A stretch of 64,000 bases of DNA from assembly GCA_039588275.1 (NCBI GenBank), contig JBDHAC010000008.1, positions 1-64,000 of the forward strand. Direction: 5' to 3'. Source of the DNA: Gemmatimonadota bacterium. GTDB lineage: Bacteria > Gemmatimonadota > Gemmatimonadetes > Palauibacterales > Palauibacteraceae. Below the pieces are notes generated by a model that was given only the letters and a program-made list of their open reading frames with translations, did no database searches and was not told the DNA's origin. This document shows positions 38,857 to 48,770 of this stretch, piece after piece. A program made the position numbers and the translations under genes. Each line of letters starts with the position of its first letter. The first letter of the stretch is position 1.

Positions 38857-39995
38857 CCGCAGGCGGCATCCCAGACCGCTGCGAGCCAAGCGTCCGTTCG
38901 ATCGTCTACTTCGACATCACGGCGCTTCATCACGAGACCGGCGGTCGCCACGAACGCGTCTCTGCGATACACGGTGAGCTCGGAGCCGCTCCCCCAGCTG
39001 AACGGGGGAGTCCACTTCGGGGGCATCTCGGTGCCGAACACGTTGCAGCCCGCACCCAGCACCGTTCCGGTCCCGAGGAGCACGCCGATGCCCGTCTTGG
39101 CGTGATCTCCAACCAGACAGCCGAACTTGACCAACCCGGTATCGACCTCATCGCCGGGGGGACCGACGCGCACCGGACCGTAGTTGTTCTTCAGGTCGCT
39201 GTTCGTGGTCAACGCCCCCAGGTTGACCCAGCGACCGAGGTAGGCATGTCCCAGAAACCCGTCATGTGCCTTGTTCGAGTAGCCGAGCACGATCGATTCC
39301 TCGATCTCGCCGCGCAGGTATGACACGGGCCCCGCCGCCAGCGACTCGATCGCCCCACCGAGCAGGCGGGAGCCGGGGCCGGCATACAGGGGACCCCCGA
39401 GCCGGGCGCCGGCGCGCACCTCGACGTTCGCGTCGAGCTCGATCGGCGCGGCCCTAACATCCAGGAGGACGCCCGACTCGATTCTGACGCCGGATCCGAG
39501 GCGCACCGGGTGGTCCCCGATCCGCTCGACGCCGTTCGGCAACTCCGTCGCCTGATCGTCCACGATGGATTCCGTCAGGTCTCGCGCGAGTCGATCCGCA
39601 TGCCCCGCGACGAGGTCCCACACCGGGCCGAGCAGCTGGCCCGGCACTTCCTCGTCGGGCAACCCGGGCAACGGGGCCGGGTCCGCGAGCCAACCAGCAT
39701 CGGGGCTGTCTTCCCCCGGCGACACTCGACACCCGACCACGTGTCCATCCGGACGCGCATCGTCCAGCCGAACGACGGGTGGGGCGGCTGGCTCGTGGTA
39801 TGATCGCAACCACGGGCGCGTCAGCAGGCCCGTGACCGGAGTCCGTGCGAAGCGCTCCAGCCGTTCACGCAGGGACCAGCGGCCGAAGAGCAGTTCCGAA
39901 CCCGGTTGTGTAAGGGCGAACGGGGCCCATGCGTCGGCGACGCGATCATCGAACACGTACAGGGCGATGCCCGAGCCGGCCGACGCCTCGTTCAC
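38853..39995 (-). CDS. GlmU-like putative sugar nucleotidyl/acyltransferase with hexapeptide repeats
   Basis: PFALTQPGSEL, SNKAHDGFLGHAYLGRWVNLGA.T.NSDLKNNY, GDHAKTGIG. Confidence 0.88.
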   Translation of the reverse strand: MNEASAGSGIALYVFDDRVADAWAPFALTQPGSELLFGRWSLRERLERFARTPVTGLLTRPWLRSYHEPAAPPVVRLDDARPDGHVVGCRVSPGEDSPDAGWLADPAPLPGLPDEEVPGQLLGPVWDLVAGHADRLARDLTESIVDDQATELPNGVERIGDHPVRLGSGVRIESGVLLDVRAAPIELDANVEVRAGARLGGPLYAGPGSRLLGGAIESLAAGPVSYLRGEIEESIVLGYSNKAHDGFLGHAYLGRWVNLGALTTNSDLKNNYGPVRVGPPGDEVDTGLVKFGCLVGDHAKTGIGVLLGTGTVLGAGCNVFGTEMPPKWTPPFSWGSGSELTVYRRDAFVATAGLVMKRRDVEVDDRTDAWLAAVWDAACG

Positions 39996-41029
39996 TCCTC
40001 TTCCTTCTCGATCGCGGCTCGGAGCTCGTTCAGCCGGGGGGCGAGCGCTCGGGTCGTCACCAGCAGCTCTCCGTTCGCCTCCACGACCACCAATCCGCTG
40101 ACGCCCAGAAGCGTGGCCCGAACGCGCTCCGTCCACACGATGTTGTCCGTTGCATCCCCGAATCGCGCGGAGCCCACGGCGGTGTTTCCGGACGCATCCT
40201 GTCCTCGGGTGCGCCCGACCGCGTTCCACACTCCCACGTCATCCCACTCGAATCCGGCTTCGACCGTCGCGATTCGCTCGGCGCGCTCCATCACCGATAC
40301 ATCCACGGAGATCGTCTCAACGCTCTCGAAGAATGCGTCCACGTCTCCGGAACCGAGCTGCGGGAGCCCGACCGCGATCTCCGGCGAATACCGCTCGACC
40401 GCGGCGAGGAAGTCCGCGGCGCGCCACACGAAGATCCCCGAATTCCACAAATATTCGCCCGACTCAACGTACGCTTCGGCCGTCTCCGCGTCGGGCTTCT
40501 CGGCGAACGCGTCCGCGCGGTAGACCCCGGGCATCAGCTCGCGCCCCCGGCGCACGTAGCCGTAACCCGTCTCCGCCCGGCGGGGGCGCACTCCCAGGCA
40601 GCAAAGACGACCCTCGCGTGCGGTATCGATCGCCCTCGCGGCTGCGTCCCGGAACGCGTCGAATGGCTCGATCCGATGATCGGCGTGCATCGAGATGAGA
40701 ATCGCCTCGGCGTCATGCCGAAGCAGCTCATGGCTGGCCCAGGTCAATGCCGGGCCGGTGCCGCGAGCGCGGGGCTCGAAGAGGAACTGGTCCGCCCCGA
40801 GATCCGGCAGCGCGCGGCGTGTAGTGTCGGCGAGGACGGCACCGGACACGATCCGCACGCGATCCCGACCGACCATCGCACGGGCTCTCTCGACGGTCTC
40901 GATGAGCAACGGAGTGTCGCTGGCGAGCGGTAGGAACTGCTTGGGGTGGGTGGGGGTCGAGGCAGGCCAAAACCTGGTGCCGCTGCCTCCCGCCAGGATG
41001 ACGGCGTACGCGTCGAGCAGACTCGTCAT
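39992..41029 (-). CDS. manC: Mannose-1-phosphate guanylyltransferase (no PMI domain)
   Basis: ILAGGSGTRFWP, PKQFL, ETGYGY, EKP, WNSGIF, WDDVG. Confidence 0.94.
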   Translation of the reverse strand: MTSLLDAYAVILAGGSGTRFWPASTPTHPKQFLPLASDTPLLIETVERARAMVGRDRVRIVSGAVLADTTRRALPDLGADQFLFEPRARGTGPALTWASHELLRHDAEAILISMHADHRIEPFDAFRDAAARAIDTAREGRLCCLGVRPRRAETGYGYVRRGRELMPGVYRADAFAEKPDAETAEAYVESGEYLWNSGIFVWRAADFLAAVERYSPEIAVGLPQLGSGDVDAFFESVETISVDVSVMERAERIATVEAGFEWDDVGVWNAVGRTRGQDASGNTAVGSARFGDATDNIVWTERVRATLLGVSGLVVVEANGELLVTTRALAPRLNELRAAIEKEEE

Positions 41030-41116
41030 CCCTGTAGCGTTCTGATGGGCCGGAATGGCTCCATGGGTGCGCTCGTCCTTGATGACCCCGCGTCCCTCGC
41101 CGATGCGCGCGCTGGC

Positions 41117-41145
41117 AAGCTATCCCGGGGCACCGAGAGCGTCAA
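41117..41145 (-). promoter_or_regulatory. Putative sigma70 promoter of the manC operon
   Basis: Minus strand TTGACG-N17-TAGCTT. Confidence 0.55.
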
Positions 41146-41228
41146 GCGGGGTAGTTTATGGAATCCAAAGTCATGTCAGTACTTAGCTTGCTTGCCAGGC
41201 TGGATCGAGGACCACAGTTTTCTCACCG

Positions 41229-41783
41229 ATGCGAACCATACGAATTATTGCCCTGGCGCTGATCTCCGCGATCACGGCGTGCGATGACCCGTTCTCGGCT
41301 CTGCTCATCGACGTGCCCGAGACGCCGGTCGAAGTATCGCTCGTCGATTTCTTGACCGGACCCCTGCAGGAACCGTCCGCGTTCGACGTCATCTTCACGC
41401 GCCCCCAACGAGTGGATCAGACCAACCAGTGGGACTTCCTGTACTTCGTCACGGCGGATGGAGTTCACCAGCTGCTCCCGTTCGGCGCGGTGGCAGACAG
41501 CCTCACCGACTCGGGACTCCGGCACGTCTCGGAGTCGTTCGAGGGGCTGGAGATGGCACCCTCGGAGGGCTACACGATCGATGCGCCGGTCACGATCTCG
41601 GAGGGGGATGTGCTGGCGGTACGCAGTCGCGCGGACCCCAACTCGTTCATCATTTGCCGCCGGTACGCCAAGATCGAGATCTTGGAAATCGATGCGGCGG
41701 AAAAGCGCCTCACGTTCCGCGTGCTGGGCAACCCGAACTGCGAGGACTTCGTCCTCATCCCTGGTCAGCACGGGAGTCTGTGA
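41229..41783 (+). CDS. Hypothetical lipoprotein
   Basis: MRTIRIIALALISAITA-C lipobox; beta-rich mature region with two further Cys. Confidence 0.82.
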   Translation: MRTIRIIALALISAITACDDPFSALLIDVPETPVEVSLVDFLTGPLQEPSAFDVIFTRPQRVDQTNQWDFLYFVTADGVHQLLPFGAVADSLTDSGLRHVSESFEGLEMAPSEGYTIDAPVTISEGDVLAVRSRADPNSFIICRRYAKIEILEIDAAEKRLTFRVLGNPNCEDFVLIPGQHGSL

Positions 41784-41864
41784 CCACGGCGGACCCGGGG
41801 CACGGTCCGCGATCATCCGCCCGTGGCCGCGATCGCTCCCGGCTGCGGACCGACTGAGAGAGAG

Positions 41865-43190
41865 ATGCTCGACCTCCGAACGCTCCGCGCCGACCCCGAG
41901 GCCGCCTTGACCCGCCTCGGTCGACGCGGCGACCCCGAGATCCCGGCACTCGTGCAGACCGTTCTCCGACACGACGAAGACCGACGGCGCCTCATCGCCG
42001 AGGTCGAGTCACTCAAAGCAGACCGTAACACGGCATCCAAAGAGATCGGCGCGCGGAAAGGGCGTGGCGAGGACGCGAGCGAACAGATCGCCGAGATGCA
42101 GAGCCTGGCGAAGCGGATTCGTCAGCTCGATGGCCGATTGGGCGCGGTGGAGAAGTCGCTGCGCGACTCCCTGCTTCAACTTCCGAATCTCCCCGATGAG
42201 CGTGTCCCGCCCGGGGCGGAAGGAGAAGGAGACGTCATCAAGGAGTGGGGAGACCGTCCGGCGTCCGGTGGCCCGGCCCACTGGGACATCGGGTCATCGC
42301 ACGGGACGGCTCGCACCGAGGGAGGGTCCCGATACGGATCCGGTGCATCTCCCGTCCTGGATCTCGAGCGAGGATCCAAGGTGGCGGGTTCGGGCTTCCC
42401 GTTGCTCGTCGACAAAGGGGCCCGTCTCAGCCGCGCCGTCATTCAGTTCATGCTCGATCTGCATACTCGTGAGCACGGATATGTCGAGATCGCTCCACCA
42501 CTGCTGGTGTCGCGTTCCTCGATGATGGCCACGGGGCACGTACCGAAGTTCGAGATGGACGCATACCGCACGGACCCGGACGACCTGTTCCTCGTGCCGA
42601 CCGCCGAGGTGCCGCTCACCAACCTGCATCGCGATGAGATCCTCGCGGGCGAAGACCTGCCGCTCGCGTACGTCGCGTACACACCCTGTTTCCGCCGCGA
42701 GGCCGGCGCCGCTGGGAAGGACACGCGGGGCATGCTTCGGGTGCACCAGTTCGACAAGGTCGAGCTCGTTCGGCTCTGCCGCCCGGAGGACTCGGAACAG
42801 GAGTTGGAGATCCTCACCGGGCACGCCGAGCGTGTCCTCGAGCTGCTGAAGGTCCCGTACCGTCGGGTGCTGCTTCCCGGGGGCGACCTCGGGTTCGCGA
42901 ACTCCATCACGTATGACCTCGAGATCTGGTCGGCGGGAGTGGGCGAGTGGCTGGAAGTCTCGAGCTGCTCGTGCTACACGGACTATCAGGCCCGCAGCGG
43001 CAATATTCGCTTCCGGCCCGCCCCCGGCTCGAGCCCGGAGTTCGTCCATACTCTCAACGGCTCCGCCCTGGCTCTGGCGCGTCTCCTCGTGGCGCTGCTG
43101 GAGAACGGGCACAGGCACGGCGAGGGTGTGATCCTCCCCGAAGCGCTTCACTCCTACCTCGGCTTCGAGCGCATCGAGCCGCTCCCGTGA
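41865..43190 (+). CDS. serS: Serine--tRNA ligase
   Basis: MLDLR, PTAEVPL, CFRREAG, RVHQFDKVE, EVSSCS, HTLNGS. Confidence 0.97.
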   Translation: MLDLRTLRADPEAALTRLGRRGDPEIPALVQTVLRHDEDRRRLIAEVESLKADRNTASKEIGARKGRGEDASEQIAEMQSLAKRIRQLDGRLGAVEKSLRDSLLQLPNLPDERVPPGAEGEGDVIKEWGDRPASGGPAHWDIGSSHGTARTEGGSRYGSGASPVLDLERGSKVAGSGFPLLVDKGARLSRAVIQFMLDLHTREHGYVEIAPPLLVSRSSMMATGHVPKFEMDAYRTDPDDLFLVPTAEVPLTNLHRDEILAGEDLPLAYVAYTPCFRREAGAAGKDTRGMLRVHQFDKVELVRLCRPEDSEQELEILTGHAERVLELLKVPYRRVLLPGGDLGFANSITYDLEIWSAGVGEWLEVSSCSCYTDYQARSGNIRFRPAPGSSPEFVHTLNGSALALARLLVALLENGHRHGEGVILPEALHSYLGFERIEPLP

Positions 43191-44383
43191 GACGCCGCAT
43201 CGGGGCCCTGCTGGTCGCGCTCGTCTTCGCGGCCGTGCTGCTCTCCTTCCTGGTCTTCACCCAGCAGCAGGCCGCAGTTCTCCGGCGAGACGCCGAGGTG
43301 CTGACGGAGTTGTACGCGCACTCATTCCGGGCGACCACTACGCGGGATACCGAAGTGGAGCGTCAGGCCTCGGCCCGGACGCAACTGACCGTGCTGGGCG
43401 AGTTGCGACGACTGCAGATCCCCATCGTCACCACCGACACGCTCGGTCGTCCCATCGATAAGGCATTCCTCCCGTTCGAAGTGCGCGACGGCGTCGCAGC
43501 CGATTCGGCCCGCCTGCTCCGGTACATTCGGGATCTGGACGAGCGGAAGCCGCCGCTCGAGTTCGAAGAGGGAGGTCTGACCGTACACTTCGGCGAGCCT
43601 CGTTTCCTGCGGCGGCTGCGCTGGATTCCATGGCTCCAGGCCGCCGCGCTCCTCGCCGTCGTCGGCGGCGGTGCGTGGATGGTGTTCACCTCGTTCCGCA
43701 GCGAGCGGGAGAGGATCTGGTCAGCGATGGCGCGAGAGTCCGCCCACCAGATGGGGACGCCGCTCAGTTCGCTCGTGGGGTGGCTCGAAGTACTCGAGGG
43801 TCGCGTCCGGCCATCATCATCAGAGCCGGGTGATCCTGACCTCATCGACGAGATGGCCGCGGACGTGCAGCGCCTTCAGAAAGTCTCACGCCGGTTCGAG
43901 CTCATCGGACTGAAACCTGACCTCGAGCCGGTGTCGGTGGGCCGCATCGTAGAGCACCTTCGCCGCTACTTCTCCGCTCGACTGCCGTCGCTCGGGAGCG
44001 CCGTACGATTCGAGATCGACATCCCCGCCGACGCGCCGGTCGTTCTCGGTAACCGGACGCTGCTGGAGTGGGCGTTCGAGAACCTGATCAAGAACTCGAT
44101 CGACGCGATGGCCGGGCAGGACGGCGTGATTCGTGTGGCGTATCTGGGGCCGAACGGCGGGCGATCCGTCTACCAGGTGCACGACACCGGGCCGGGTGTA
44201 CCGGCCCATATTCGCGACAAGCTCTTCGAGATCGGCGTCACCACGAAGGAACAGGGCTGGGGAGTCGGGCTCTCTCTCACGCGCCGGATCATCGAGGACA
44301 TGCACGACGGATCGATCCACCTGGAAGGCACGACGGAGGGCGCGAGTTTTCGCATCGAGCTCCCCGTGGCGCGCCGAGCCTAG
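43187..44383 (+). CDS. Membrane sensor histidine kinase
   Basis: Two transmembrane segments, H-box ESAHQMGTPLSSL, N-box ENLIKNSIDA, DTGPG, GWGVGL. Confidence 0.92.
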   Translation: MRRRIGALLVALVFAAVLLSFLVFTQQQAAVLRRDAEVLTELYAHSFRATTTRDTEVERQASARTQLTVLGELRRLQIPIVTTDTLGRPIDKAFLPFEVRDGVAADSARLLRYIRDLDERKPPLEFEEGGLTVHFGEPRFLRRLRWIPWLQAAALLAVVGGGAWMVFTSFRSERERIWSAMARESAHQMGTPLSSLVGWLEVLEGRVRPSSSEPGDPDLIDEMAADVQRLQKVSRRFELIGLKPDLEPVSVGRIVEHLRRYFSARLPSLGSAVRFEIDIPADAPVVLGNRTLLEWAFENLIKNSIDAMAGQDGVIRVAYLGPNGGRSVYQVHDTGPGVPAHIRDKLFEIGVTTKEQGWGVGLSLTRRIIEDMHDGSIHLEGTTEGASFRIELPVARRA

Positions 44384-44395
44384 TCACGACCCTGG

Positions 44396-46663
44396 ATGCG
44401 GATCCGACTCAACCCCGAGCAACGAAGCGCAGTCGAGCACGGCGAGGGGCCGCTACTCGTGCTCGCCGGAGCGGGTTCCGGCAAGACCCGCGTCCTGACC
44501 ACACGCGTCGCCCATCTCATCGAGACCGGAGACGTACCTCCGCACCGCATCCTCGCGGTGACGTTCACCAACAAGGCGGCGTCCGAGATGCGGGAGCGCA
44601 TCGAAGCGCTGACCGGTGGCGAGGCTCGCGGTCTGTGGATCGGGACGTTCCACTCCCTCGCCGCACGATTGCTTCGACGCGAGGCCGACCACTCGAGCCG
44701 AGACCGCCGGTTCACGATCTACGATGAGGACGATTCGATACGCGCGGTCAAGGATGCCATGGAGACGTGCGGGCTGGATCATCGCCGCTGGTCGCCCCGG
44801 GCCTTCCGAAGCCGCATATCCTCCGCAAAGAACGCTCTCATCGGCCCCTCGGACTATGCCGTGTCCGCTTACGATCTGTTGTCACGCTCGGTGGCGGATG
44901 TGTACCCCGCGTACGAGAAGCTGCTCGCCCGGCGTAACGCGTACGACTTCGACGATCTGCTGTTCGAATGCGTGCGCGTGCTCGAGGGCGTGAAGGAGGT
45001 GCGGGAAAGGTACGCAGAGCAGTTCCTGCACGTCTTGGTGGACGAGTACCAGGACACGAACCACGCCCAGTACCGGATGGTCAAGGCATTCGGGAGCCTG
45101 CACCAAAACGTGTGTGTCGTCGGGGATGATGACCAGTCGATCTACGCGTGGCGTGGCGCCGATCTGAGGAACATTCTGGATTTCGAGCGTGACTTCCCCG
45201 GGGCGCACGTCGTGCGATTGGAGCAGAACTATCGCTCAACAGGCTCGATCCTCGACGTGGCCAACGCGGTCATCTCATGCAATGTCGCGCGCAAGCCGAA
45301 GCGGTTGCACACCGAGCGCGAGCCGGGCGAGCCCATCCTCGTCACGCGCACCGCGAACGAGCGGCGGGAGGCGAGCTGGGTCGTGAACCAGGTACGCGCC
45401 CTGGAGGGTCTGTACGGCTACGGCGATTGCGCTGTGCTGTACCGCACGAACGCGCAGTCCAGAGCCTTCGAGGAGTCGCTTCGCAGAGCCGGTCTGCCGT
45501 ATCGAATCGTGGGCGGAGTGCCGTTCTACGAACGGCGTGAGATCAAGGATGTGATCGCCTACCTGCGCTTGGCCGTAAACCCGGCGGATGATGCGGCCTT
45601 CGAGCGCGCGATCGGCTGGCCGCGCCGCGGCGTCGGAGACGTGACGCTGGAGCGCCTCCAGGAGGCCGCGGAGGGCCGCGATGCGCCACTGCTCGAGACC
45701 GCGGCCGCGGCCGGCGAGATCGAGGGGATTCCGGTTGGGGGTGCACGTTCGCTCGTCGACTTCGCCGAGCGCATGACCCGGCTGCAGAAGGAACAGACCG
45801 GGATGAGCGCTAGAGCCGCTCTCGAGAGTTGCGTCAAGAGCTTCGGCCTCGCTACCGCCCTGGCCGAGGAGGAGGATGGCGCCGACAGGCTGGAGAACGT
45901 GAGCGAGTTGTTGGCGACCGCCTCATCCTTCGACCGCGCGGAGGTCGATGACGCGGCAGCAGACGCGAGCGATCTCGAGCTGTACCTGCAGACGGTAGCG
46001 CTTCGCTCCGAGATCGACGATGTGGACTTCGACGGGGACGCGGTCACGCTCATGACCCTCCACAACGCGAAAGGACTGGAGTTCCCGGTCGTGTTCCTCG
46101 CCGGACTCGAGGAGGGGCTGTTCCCGCTCTCGCGGGCGATGGAATCGGAGGGTGGGATCGAAGAGGAAAGGCGTCTCTTCTACGTGGGCGTCACGCGGGC
46201 GATGGATCGCCTGCACCTGAGCTACGCCGACCGTCGCTGGCGGGCTGGCACCGAGAGTCGGTCCTCGCCATCGAGTTTCCTCGACGAGCTACCGGACGGT
46301 CCGGTTGAACGCCGATTGGCGGGTGGCGCCTTCGGTCGGTCGCGTCGGTCATCGACCGGCTCGGCGATCGGCCGTCCGGTGGGAGAGGCCTCGGTCGTGT
46401 ACGACTGGCGGCGGAGCGTGGACCGTACGGCGAGCTCCAGCGCGCCGCGCGCGGCGGATTCCGACGAGTTGCAGTACGACTACTCCGACAGTCAGGTGCC
46501 TCTCCAGCTTGAGCCAGGGGCACGAATCGTCCACCCCCGATTCGGCGAGGGGCGGGTGCTGGCGGTGAGCGGCGTCGGGCGGGAAGCGAAAGCAGAGATC
46601 GAGTTCGAGGAGGTGGGCACGAAGAAGGTCGTCGTGGCCTACGCCGGTCTGCGTCCGGCGTGA
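44396..46663 (+). CDS. uvrD: UvrD/PcrA DNA helicase
   Basis: AGAGSGKT, DEYQDTN, GDDDQSIY, EERRLFYVGVTRA, C-terminal HPRFGEG Tudor-like domain. Confidence 0.96.
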   Translation: MRIRLNPEQRSAVEHGEGPLLVLAGAGSGKTRVLTTRVAHLIETGDVPPHRILAVTFTNKAASEMRERIEALTGGEARGLWIGTFHSLAARLLRREADHSSRDRRFTIYDEDDSIRAVKDAMETCGLDHRRWSPRAFRSRISSAKNALIGPSDYAVSAYDLLSRSVADVYPAYEKLLARRNAYDFDDLLFECVRVLEGVKEVRERYAEQFLHVLVDEYQDTNHAQYRMVKAFGSLHQNVCVVGDDDQSIYAWRGADLRNILDFERDFPGAHVVRLEQNYRSTGSILDVANAVISCNVARKPKRLHTEREPGEPILVTRTANERREASWVVNQVRALEGLYGYGDCAVLYRTNAQSRAFEESLRRAGLPYRIVGGVPFYERREIKDVIAYLRLAVNPADDAAFERAIGWPRRGVGDVTLERLQEAAEGRDAPLLETAAAAGEIEGIPVGGARSLVDFAERMTRLQKEQTGMSARAALESCVKSFGLATALAEEEDGADRLENVSELLATASSFDRAEVDDAAADASDLELYLQTVALRSEIDDVDFDGDAVTLMTLHNAKGLEFPVVFLAGLEEGLFPLSRAMESEGGIEEERRLFYVGVTRAMDRLHLSYADRRWRAGTESRSSPSSFLDELPDGPVERRLAGGAFGRSRRSSTGSAIGRPVGEASVVYDWRRSVDRTASSSAPRAADSDELQYDYSDSQVPLQLEPGARIVHPRFGEGRVLAVSGVGREAKAEIEFEEVGTKKVVVAYAGLRPA

Positions 46664-46748
46664 CTCCCCCGAGGTGGTCCAGGGTGAAGTCACGACCTCG
46701 GATTGCCGTGGTCGCTGACGCTTCCCTCGGGGATCGGGGATCGACCGT

Positions 46749-47228
46749 CTAGGATCCCGTCTCGGCGTTACGGCCGAGGCCGGCGATCGCGCGTCTCAGC
46801 CGCCGGGTGCCCGGTTCCTTGCGCCGCCCGCGCAGCCCGCGGAGCAGGGAAGCGCTGGTCAGAAACGTCTCTTCCGCCTCTTCTTGAACCACCGCCAGGA
46901 GGGCCGTCACCTCCGCGACGCGCTCCTCGACGAGGTCCAACATGCGCCCGGTCGAGTCGCTGACCCGGCGCATCGCTCGACCGACCTCGTCGGCGTCTGT
47001 GCGAAGCGTGGAGACGAGGTAGTTTGCATCCTCGCTGGCGCGCTCCACGTTACGGAGCACGGGTTGAAGCCGGGTCTGGAGCTCACGAACGGAGTCGGCC
47101 ACGTGGCCGATCGGCTCGCGGGTTCGGCGGAGAATCGAAATCGCGTAGATCACGCACACGAGAAGGGCCAGCGCGATGACGATCCATAGGCCCACCCCGA
47201 TGACGATCACTGTCTCGTAGGTGCTCAA
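46749..47228 (-). CDS. Membrane-anchored coiled-coil protein (DUF948/YoxC-like)
   Basis: TTG start after GGAGG; N-terminal transmembrane helix then an amphipathic coiled coil. Confidence 0.75.
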   Translation of the reverse strand: MSTYETVIVIGVGLWIVIALALLVCVIYAISILRRTREPIGHVADSVRELQTRLQPVLRNVERASEDANYLVSTLRTDADEVGRAMRRVSDSTGRMLDLVEERVAEVTALLAVVQEEAEETFLTSASLLRGLRGRRKEPGTRRLRRAIAGLGRNAETGS

Positions 47229-47462
47229 GCGGCCTCCAACGGCAAGTTCAAATGGCTGCCCGACCTCGACGCAAGAGCAAGCCTCATGCCGATTTCCAGT
47301 ATAGGGCAGCGGATCGGGCCCTGCTAGCGGGCCGCGTTTGCTGCGCTCGCTACCCGCTCTCTACTTTGATGCAAGAATCCAGCGAGGCGCCCATTTCCGT
47401 GGTGTGTCTCGCACAGGCCGCACGCCAGATCGAGCGACCTGCCAGACGCGTTTGAGGGATTG

Positions 47463-48770
47463 ATGAGCTACTATCGGATCCGCGGACCGGCCGAGCTCTC
47501 CGGGACATTTCAACCGGCAGGGAACAAGAACGCCGCGCTCCCGATCCTCGCCGGAACGCTGCTGACGACCGAGCCGGTGAGACTCGAGAATGTTCCCGAT
47601 ATCCAGGATGTCCGCACGCTCCTGATCCTACTCGAAGCCCTGGGAGCGGAGGTCGAGTGGACCGGTCCAAACGATGTGGAGATCTGCTCGGGGTCTATCG
47701 ATGACCCTCGACTCGATGCGGAGCTGGCAAGGGAGATACGCGCTTCCGTTCTGCTGGCGGGCCCCATGTTGGCGCGGTTCGGGGCCATCGAGCTTCCCGC
47801 ACCCGGCGGCGATTTCATCGGGCGACGACGCCTCGACACGCACTTCCTGGCGCTTCGCGCCCTCGGTGCGGAGCTGGAGGTCGGGGGTGTCTACACGTTG
47901 CGCGCCCAGAAGCTCGAGGGCGCGACGATCTTTCTCGATGAGCCCTCGGTGACCGGTACGGAGAACGCCATCATGGCGGCCGTCACCGCACGGGGCGTCA
48001 CCCGATTGCGCAACGCGGCGGCTGAGCCTCACGTGCAGGACCTTTGCCGGTTCTTGGTCACGCTGGGCGCGCGGATCGAAGGAATCGGCACCCACTATCT
48101 GACGATCGAGGGCGTTGAATCGCTCTCTGGAGGGGAGCATCGAATCGGGCCCGACCACATCGAGATCGGGAGCATCATCGGGTTGGCGGCTTCGACCGGC
48201 TCGTCCGTCCGGATCACCGACGTCGATCTCGCGACGTTCGATCCGGTGCGGGTGGGGTTCCAACGGCTGGGGGTAGAGTTCGAGTGGCGGGATGGGGTGC
48301 TCGACGTGCTGGGGGGAGGGGCCCTGGAGGTTCAGCCGGACATAGGGAACCAGATCCCGAAGATCGACGATGGACCTTGGCCCGCCTTCCCGGCCGATCT
48401 GACCAGCATCGCGCTCGTCACGGCGACGCAGTGCCGTGGGACCGTGCTCATCCACGAAAAGATGTTCGAGTCCAGGATGTTCTTCGTTGACAAGGTCGTC
48501 GGCATGGGCGCGCGAATCGTGCTGTGTGATCCGCACCGAGCCGTCGTCGTCGGTCCCTCACCGCTGCACGGAGCGCGGCTGGAGAGCCCCGACATTCGAG
48601 CCGGCATGGCCCTCCTCATCGCCGCGCTGGCGGCCGAGGGAGAGAGCCGAATCTACAACATCCGGCAGATCGAGCGCGGGTACCAGCGAATCGACGTACG
48701 GCTGCGTGAGTTGGGGGCCGAGATCGAGCGCCTCACCGAGGAGGGCGACTACGAGGAGCCGGTGACCTAG
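47463..48770 (+). CDS. murA: UDP-N-acetylglucosamine 1-carboxyvinyltransferase
   Basis: [39 protein letters not shown]. Confidence 0.96.
   Translation: MSYYRIRGPAELSGTFQPAGNKNAALPILAGTLLTTEPVRLENVPDIQDVRTLLILLEALGAEVEWTGPNDVEICSGSIDDPRLDAELAREIRASVLLAGPMLARFGAIELPAPGGDFIGRRRLDTHFLALRALGAELEVGGVYTLRAQKLEGATIFLDEPSVTGTENAIMAAVTARGVTRLRNAAAEPHVQDLCRFLVTLGARIEGIGTHYLTIEGVESLSGGEHRIGPDHIEIGSIIGLAASTGSSVRITDVDLATFDPVRVGFQRLGVEFEWRDGVLDVLGGGALEVQPDIGNQIPKIDDGPWPAFPADLTSIALVTATQCRGTVLIHEKMFESRMFFVDKVVGMGARIVLCDPHRAVVVGPSPLHGARLESPDIRAGMALLIAALAAEGESRIYNIRQIERGYQRIDVRLRELGAEIERLTEEGDYEEPVT

Noticed and set aside
39690..39790. Possible internal deletion in the GlmU-like protein
   Set aside because: Only an impression of a short linker; the frame is intact and an alignment would be needed
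41112..41198. 9-bp inverted repeat CTGGCAAGC / GCTTGCCAG in a divergent intergenic region
   Set aside because: Arms are ~70 bp apart, with no target duplication or second copy; better explained by promoter elements or chance
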